Of a DNA stretch of 64,000 nucleotides, positions 57,519 through 64,000 are shown piece by piece. Source of the DNA: Octopus vulgaris (Eukaryota); the NCBI GenBank assembly GCA_951406725.2, contig OX597824.1, positions 64,170,001 through 64,234,000 on the forward strand, in the 5' to 3' direction. Position 1 is the stretch's first letter, and the number at the start of each line of letters is the position of its first letter. Below the pieces are notes generated by a model. It saw only the letters and a list, made by a program, of their open reading frames with translations. It did not search any database and had not been told where the DNA came from. The translations under genes were made by a program, and so were the position numbers.

Positions 57519-58060
57519 ATTATGTATTCTACCTTTCCGGTTTTTAAATGCTTTAGTCACCTATATTATAACATATCTAATATATCATAATATTAATTTT
57601 TCATTATATCTTATATGTTTATATACGCTCAAACCACATTGAATTTTGGCACTTGCTGTTCAACAGTTATTTTCCCCCATGGGCTAATGGGAGGCAAGCT
57701 ATCTCTTTAACCCAGAATAACTTGTGGATTCCTCTGAAGAGAAACAAAACCTAACTAGTTAAATTTCGAAATCATATGACAGGGTCTTATAAAATTATTT
57801 CATTCAGCAAGTTTTATCTCGCTGGAGAATGATATTGTGGTTTGCCACTCACAGAACATCATGAGATGTTCAAAGAACATCTCATCAGGATGGTGATTTT
57901 TGTGTGGCTATTCGAGTTATATTTTTTAGCTCTTACTTCTAGCAATTGTAGGTGCTATTTCGCACCCTTAATTATGTATTCTACTGTTTTGTTTTTTAAT
58001 TGCTTTAGTCACCTATATTATAATGTATTTGATACATCATAATATTAATTTATCATTATA
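57519..58060 (+). mobile_element. ~450-bp unit bounded by ~90-bp direct repeats with an internal hammerhead-like motif (57727-57786); pLTR/retrozyme-like
   Basis: attatgtattcta...tgctttagtcacctatattataa...tcattata at 57519 and 57971. Motif: cct-CTGAAGA-gaaa..tttc-GAAA-tcatatga-c-agg, with the U of UH missing. Confidence 0.6.
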
Positions 58061-58088
58061 ATATCTATATACATGTGTATGTGTATGT

Positions 58089-58124
<36 letters not shown>

Positions 58125-58661
58125 GATTATGTAGTAGCACAATAACTTTCATTAATGAGAGAGAAAAGAAATTTGATCCAACATATCTTTCTCTTCCTTC
58201 ATAATTTCTGCTTATATGCTTTTAAATTAGAAATCAGCTAAAGATTTTTTTTTTTGTTCTCCCACCAAACAGGGTTATAGTAAGGGAATGGACTCGGTTT
58301 TTATTTCCCTGAATTAAAGTTAGAGGATTTCTGGCTTCCTAACCAATGGCATTTAGATAGAAAGGGAAATACTCATATGATGGCTGTAAGCTACAAATCA
58401 GTAATGTGGTTACTTAGCCATGTGGTTACTTCGTTAACATGAACTTTTACAGTCAATTTAGAATGCATAAAGACTGTCATCATCAAATGTCTCTTGTAAA
58501 TTAATGTCACTAAACTCTGAGTTTGTCAGCTGAGGGGGAAAAGATGAGTGAATCTCAAGTTCTTTGTATCATCTAGCCAGCAGCTCTACAGTGGTAAGAG
58601 ACTCTCAGGAGAGCTGAACAGCAGAAGGTCTTCAGGGAAGAAAACCTCCTCATGCAATTCT

Positions 58662-59082
58662 ACACTATAAGGGGGCCAGGCCACATCCAGGTCATGATTT
58701 CTTGGTGCTCTTCCAATGAAACTTTTTAGCCACTTGGATATTGGAGACTTGTGCATTTAAACCACTTTGAGATTTCATCTAGTTGTAACTCTTCTCTTTT
58801 GATTCAGCTTTCAAATTTATACTTAAAGAAAAAATAACGTTGGTTGTCATGATAGTGGTGAAACATCAACACTATAAGGGGGCCAGGCCACATCCAGGTC
58901 ATGATTTCTTGGTGCTCTTCCAATGAAACTTTTTAGCCACTTGGATATTGGAGACTTGTGCATTTAAACCACTTTGAGATTTCATCTAGTTGTAACTCTT
59001 CTCTTTTGATTCAGCTTTCAAATTTATACTTAAAGAAAAAATAACGTTGGTTGTCATGATAGTGGTGAAACATCAACACTAT
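58662..59082. repeat. Exact 207-bp tandem duplication
   Basis: Units start at 58662 and 58869; 7-bp microhomology acactat at 58662, 58869 and 59076. Confidence 0.93.
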
Positions 59083-59261
59083 CATAGTGGCTCACACAGA
59101 GTTACTGAGTAAGTCTAAGGCATTAAAATACAGTATGGAAGTCATTTTTGTTCCTCCTTGACCAGACTGAGTGTAACAATATTTCTGGTAATTTTCTTCA
59201 TCTTATCCAAGGTTTTTTGTATAGACAATGGGCATAAACAAAAGTAATAATTAGTATCCAC

Positions 59262-59949
59262 TTAACTTTTTCATCACCATATTTCTGTTGGAGTACACTG
59301 CTTTTGTTTCAGTTAGTTTTAAAACTAATAAACAGTTTAAATATATTTGTTATAATGAAGTTAGTTATGCTAATGAATTTGAGTTGCAAGAATCCGGATG
59401 TGAAATTGTGTGCTGAAACAGATATTTTCATATTTCAGAATGGTCAATTTTCTTTTTTTTACTTGCCAAATAAACACACATACTATATATTCATTCTTCA
59501 CACATTTATTACTGTCCTTATTTTATCATGTCCATTGTCTGGAAATCTTTCATCACACATCTGTGACCTCTTCAGTGACCCTTTCCATCCACGTGTATCC
59601 TCCTGCTCTTCTTAGTCCATTCTGTCCTTCTATGAAGTGTATCCTTATCTGTACATGCATTATTGTGTGTGCGTGTGTGTGTGTATGCACATGCACACAT
59701 GTGCGTGTATGTGTTTCACATGTGTGCTTACATGTGTGTAAATGGGCTTGCCTACTACATCGTTTGTATCCGTGCCCTTTATATTGTTGTTACTGTTATC
59801 ATTGTTGTTCTTAGTTATGAAATTACTGTTTCCTATAAAATGAGCATGAAAGTTTGATGGAAAGTTCCACTTGAATTCAGTGAAAAACAGGAAGTGTGTA
59901 TCATAGATTCAGATGTGGTCTCAGGCAGAAGGGTATCGAAAAGAGTTAA
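59262..59949. mobile_element. TTAA-flanked MITE (family 2) with an internal insertion bearing a minus-strand hammerhead-like motif (59537-59579)
   Basis: Ends are colinear with 14033-14522. Motif: gtca-CTGAAGA-g-gtcaca-gatg-tgtgat-GAAA-gatttc. Confidence 0.55.
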
Positions 59950-60113
59950 TTTGATAGCATTCTATGGGTTTATGAAAGAGGAAATATTGACCCTATTCCA
60001 CCATGTCTAGGTAGACATGTCAAATAACACATTTTGTTTGTTTTTTTTCTTTCTGGCAACAACTTCTTTTGATCAAATGTTTTCAATAAATTAAGGTTTA
60101 TATAGTGATTCAC

Positions 60114-60145
<32 letters not shown>

Positions 60146-60589
60146 GGTGCAACTGTGTCGAAAAAAATTTGCTTCTGAACTACATAGGCAAGTGTCTTCT
60201 ACTATGGCCTCAGGTTGAACAAAGCCTTGTGAGTGTATTTGATAGACAGAAACTGTAAGAAGCCCATCATGTGGGTGTGTGTTTATCTTCCAGTTTATCT
60301 TCCAGTTTAACCACCAGTGTTGGAGTGTTTACATCCCCGCAATTTAGCAGTTCAGCAAAAGAGACTGATAAAATGAGGCTCCAGGTTTTACAAACAAAAT
60401 TACAAGGACTGGGGTCAATAAGTTCGACTAGAATTCTTCAAGGCGGTGGTCCAGCATGGCCGCAATCTAATGAGTGAAACAAGTAAAAGATAAAAGATAC
60501 ATAAAATAAAGAAGAAATAAAGATGTAGACTGTCAGAATGATGTAGATGCCTCTGATGAGAACCCAATAAAGTTCAACAATCATTTTAT

Positions 60590-60945
60590 AGGTGCACGAG
60601 TGGCTGTGTGGTAAGTAGCTTGCTTACCAACCACATGGTTCCGGGTTCAGTCCCACTGCGTGGCACCTTGGGCAAGTGTCTTCTACTATAGCCTCGGGCC
60701 GACCAAAGCCTTGTGAGTGGATTTGGTAGACAGAAACTTTAAGAAGCCCGTTGTATATATATATGTATATATGTGTGTGTGCGTGTGTGTCTGTGTTTGT
60801 CCCCCACCATTGCTTGACAACCGATGCTGGTGTATTAACGTCCCCGTAACTAGCGGCTCGGCGAAAGAGACCGATAGAATAAGTACTAGGCTTACAAAGA
60901 ATAAGTGCTCGACTAAAGGGTGGTGCTCCAGCATGGCCACAGTAA
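60590..60945 (+). mobile_element. SINE family A, well-conserved copy
   Basis: gagtggctgtgtggtaagtagcttgcttaccaaccacatggttccgggttcagtcccactgcgtggcaccttgggcaagtg, with CpGs retained. Confidence 0.88.
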
Positions 60946-61293
60946 AAGAGTTGCTTTCGTATATTTTAATTTTCCTTTCCCTCTCCCAATTTTTTTTTCT
61001 TTTTTTTTTTTCACAAAAACTTTTGAGAAATTCCACTTCTAAAAATATGGAAATTCCGATTCGGAACAAAAGAAAAGAAACAACTTTATCAATATTTAAG
61101 TTTTAAGTTTTTTCCTTTTTTCTTAAAATATTGATGTCGTCATGGCATTTCTTATGTTAAATCTAAACTTGTGTTCATAAACAGAAAGAATGTCCCGATT
61201 CTCCCGCAGATCCTCTGATGTAACAATACTCCTGGTAATTAATTTGATTCATCTCGTCCGAGCTTTCGTGTAAGGAATATAGATTACTTGAAC

Positions 61294-61582
61294 CAGTGAT
61301 TCTCAATCATTTTTTTAAATTATAGACCCCTTACTCTGGTGGACCCGCATAGTTATTCGATATTTAAAAACAACTTTTATAGATACTTCTTTCAAGATTC
61401 CTACTCTGTTCGTTATACATTCACTAGTTTCTTACAATAAATACATCTGAAGCAAAACTTTTTCATTGACCCTTAATATAACAACTGTGAGTCTCGAAAT
61501 CACTATTTCGCTTGTGAGGACACCCCCAAAAAATCTTATATGGAGCCTCAAGGGTCATATGAATCCTGGTCGAGTACCACTG
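61294..61582. mobile_element. hAT/Charlie-like MITE
   Basis: Termini cagtgattctcaa...tcgagtaccactg resemble CAGTGGTTCTCAA TIRs. Confidence 0.55.
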
Positions 61583-63016
61583 GTATAAACAATGTAAAAA
61601 AAAAAAGTCAATAGTATTTACTTAATTGATTTATCGACCTCAAAACAGATCTAAAATATGGAAAACCTGCAAGTAAGTGAGAGGTGTCAAGATGTCTATA
61701 CCAAACAGCTTAAGATCCTGCAGGATCTTTAGCGGTAGGCGATGGTGGTGGTAAGTTTTCTTAAGAACTGAAATCAAAAGCAAACGACAACAAAAGTAGG
61801 AACATCGGCGGGGGTAAAGAATACGTACACCACCCGTTTTCGGCGTAACGAAAACCCTAACCCTTTTACACCGGAACATCTAACGTAGTTGCTCAATTTG
61901 CTAGGAATAATAGTAAAATCTCACTCGTTTCACATCAGGCCCGTTGATGCCAGGGGGTGCTTCAGAATATTTTGGGTGGGCACTAATTTATATTGCGGGA
62001 GGATTTTTGTAAACTGTATTTTTTAAATCTGAGGGTACACCATTGAATAGTGAGGAGAAGGGCAGTGCCGTTCACTGCACCCCCTTACTGACTGGCATTT
62101 ATCACACTTAAAAAGGACACAGACAACGTTGCTGTTTATATCTATCTTTTTTCTAACTACGTGTGTGTGTGTGTTGTCGACAAACTTCTTATAACATTGA
62201 CCCATTCAGTGAATCGTTGATAACTTATTGATCCCTTTCATGTAAATTTCTAAAATAAAATTAAAACGTATAATTAAGAGAAAGAAATTCTTGGTTTAAA
62301 AATGGTAATTCCTTCGTTCTTTTGTGTTATCCCTGTGTTTTAATAAGAAATATTTAAAGTGTCGGCTCGTCCCCACATAAAGACATTTAATGAACACACT
62401 TAAGGAAACTGATAAAGAATAATCAAAATTCATTTATATTGCTTAAATACAGTATATTCGAAATATTTCATGTGTAATATGTATTTAACGAAACTAATTA
62501 CTACATCGATATTTGGCTGGAAATTAATGAGTTTTAGCCTTAAATTACCGCGTTCCTCCAAATTCAATTCAATAATAATTGAGCACCTTTAATGCTCAAA
62601 ATTGTTTCAAGTGTTTATGGACCCCCTTCAACAGTTAGGCAAGCCTCAAGGATCAATATAAACCACTTTGCCAACCGTTAGTCAATACAGTTAGGCTCAA
62701 TTAGAGAGGGTCTTTAGGATTGAGCAAGAACGGTAAATAGATAGTGAAGAATAATGAAAAGTCAAATAAAATAAATGAACTTCTTGAAGTTGGCAGTTTT
62801 ACTTTAGTTGTTCATCCGTTAATTAATTGTAATTAATAATTAACCTACCTGACGGTCTGCTAAGTTAATTGGTGGAGAGCTAAAGAAAATGTCCTCCTTT
62901 CACTGATAAACAAATTTTGTTGATACGTAAAGAGAAATATTTTGATAGGAGTGGGAAAGACGTAAAAAAAAACAAATGTATATCGTATTAAACTGACGGA
63001 ATAAAACTTCTTCTTT

Positions 63017-63051
<35 letters not shown>

Positions 63052-63545
63052 TCACGCTCTCTTTCTTCCTCTCCCCGTTACTTTTTATTACTCTCCCTCA
63101 CTGCGTCTTTTCTTTTACCTCTCTCTCTCTCTCTTCTTTCCGCCCTTAACCTTGTTGCTTTGTCATTAGGTTTAATATAGTATATGAACACAATTTAAGA
63201 TCCGCAATTACTACTACGACAACTGAAAAATAGATTTCTAGCAGGCTGAATGATGACGTAAAGGTACCTTCGTTGGCATCTACAACGGTGGTGACGGTGG
63301 TGGTCACGGTACAGAACAAGTCAACGCCACACAGTGACAGTTGACTAGCAATAGCAATTTCTTTTGATCTTGTGCACTAAAAGGCACTTAGATAATTGAT
63401 TGTGTGTGTGTTTGTGTGTACACACATTTGCACGTTGATCGCTATAAACTTTAAAGCTTATAAAAACACCCTTATTATTATTTACAGAATTGTAAAACTC
63501 GACACCACTTAACAAAGCCATTCGGATCTTTACCTTTTGACCTAC

Positions 63546-64000
63546 AGACTTAAAAAATAATTTTTTGTAACTGAACACTTTCAAACTTTAGACACTGGTA
63601 GAATGTGTCATATAAAACATCTTTTACTCTTAGCACTTTTGAGAAAAACTTATATTTACGAAGTAAATATAAGGTTTTAGGGTTTTAGGGTTAGGGTTTT
63701 AGTGTAAGGGTTAGGGTTAAGGTTAGAGTTTTAGGGTTAGGGTTGTCATAAATAAAGGTGACAAACGAAAAATACACTGCCGATAGTTGTTGTTGACAAA
63801 CAACGGCAGTAATTTTATTCAGCTGAATACACGTCATTGATTGGTCGAAATTAACGAAATAGGACTACTTTAACTGAAATTACTTCGTAAATATAAGTTT
63901 TTCTCAAAAATGTTAAGAGTAAAAGATGTTTTATATGACACATTCTACCAGTGTCCGAAGTTTGAAAGTGTTTAGTTACAAAAAATTGTTTTTTAAATCT
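63546..64000. mobile_element. Long-TIR (at least 120 bp) non-autonomous element containing degenerate TTAGGG repeats; runs off the window end
   Basis: 63546-63666 is a near-perfect reverse complement of 63880-64000; (T)TTAGGG-like array at 63671-63744. Confidence 0.85.

Noticed and set aside
58400-59250. Coding exon in the 207-bp duplication (length divisible by 3)
   Set aside because: No sustained open frame or clear splice sites; possibly a decayed transposon ORF that I could not assign.
60550-60580. CTGATGA-gaac/gttc hairpin
   Set aside because: GAAA and stem III are absent; at most a truncated remnant, so it was not counted.
61851-61864. aaccctaaccct as a telomerase RNA template
   Set aside because: I could not see a pseudoknot or H/ACA context, and the flanking direct repeats favour a transposon remnant.
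63671-63744. True telomere
   Set aside because: Short, degenerate and enclosed between TIRs.

Overview
Very AT-rich, microsatellite-dense animal DNA, mostly intronic or intergenic. The repeat content suggests a coleoid cephalopod, probably Octopus (inference): tRNA/CORE-type SINEs with an internal (TA/CA)n tract, RTE LINEs with (GAT)n tails, CR1 LINEs, Penelope-like elements, Tc1/mariner/maT, piggyBac and hAT remnants. Nearly all long ORFs in the supplied track are microsatellite artefacts or decayed transposon ORFs. Host-gene evidence is limited to one small candidate ATG-bearing exon on the minus strand (3223-3294) and a CpG-enriched promoter-like region near 18.4 kb. The most notable unexplained signal is about 10-12 sequence-diverse, minimal type I hammerhead-ribozyme-like motifs (stem I-CUGANGA-stem II-GAAA-palindromic stem III-UH-stem I'). 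Most lie beside (TA/CA)n tracts, several sit inside fold-back cassettes carrying a sense and an antisense copy, and one sits in a direct-repeat-flanked ~450 bp unit. They probably derive from Penelope pseudo-LTRs or retrozymes. Other observations: a SINE-RTE chimera, head-to-head Penelope elements, locally templated duplications, and TIR elements carrying telomeric repeats. Coordinates were read by eye; element ends may be off by a few to tens of bases.
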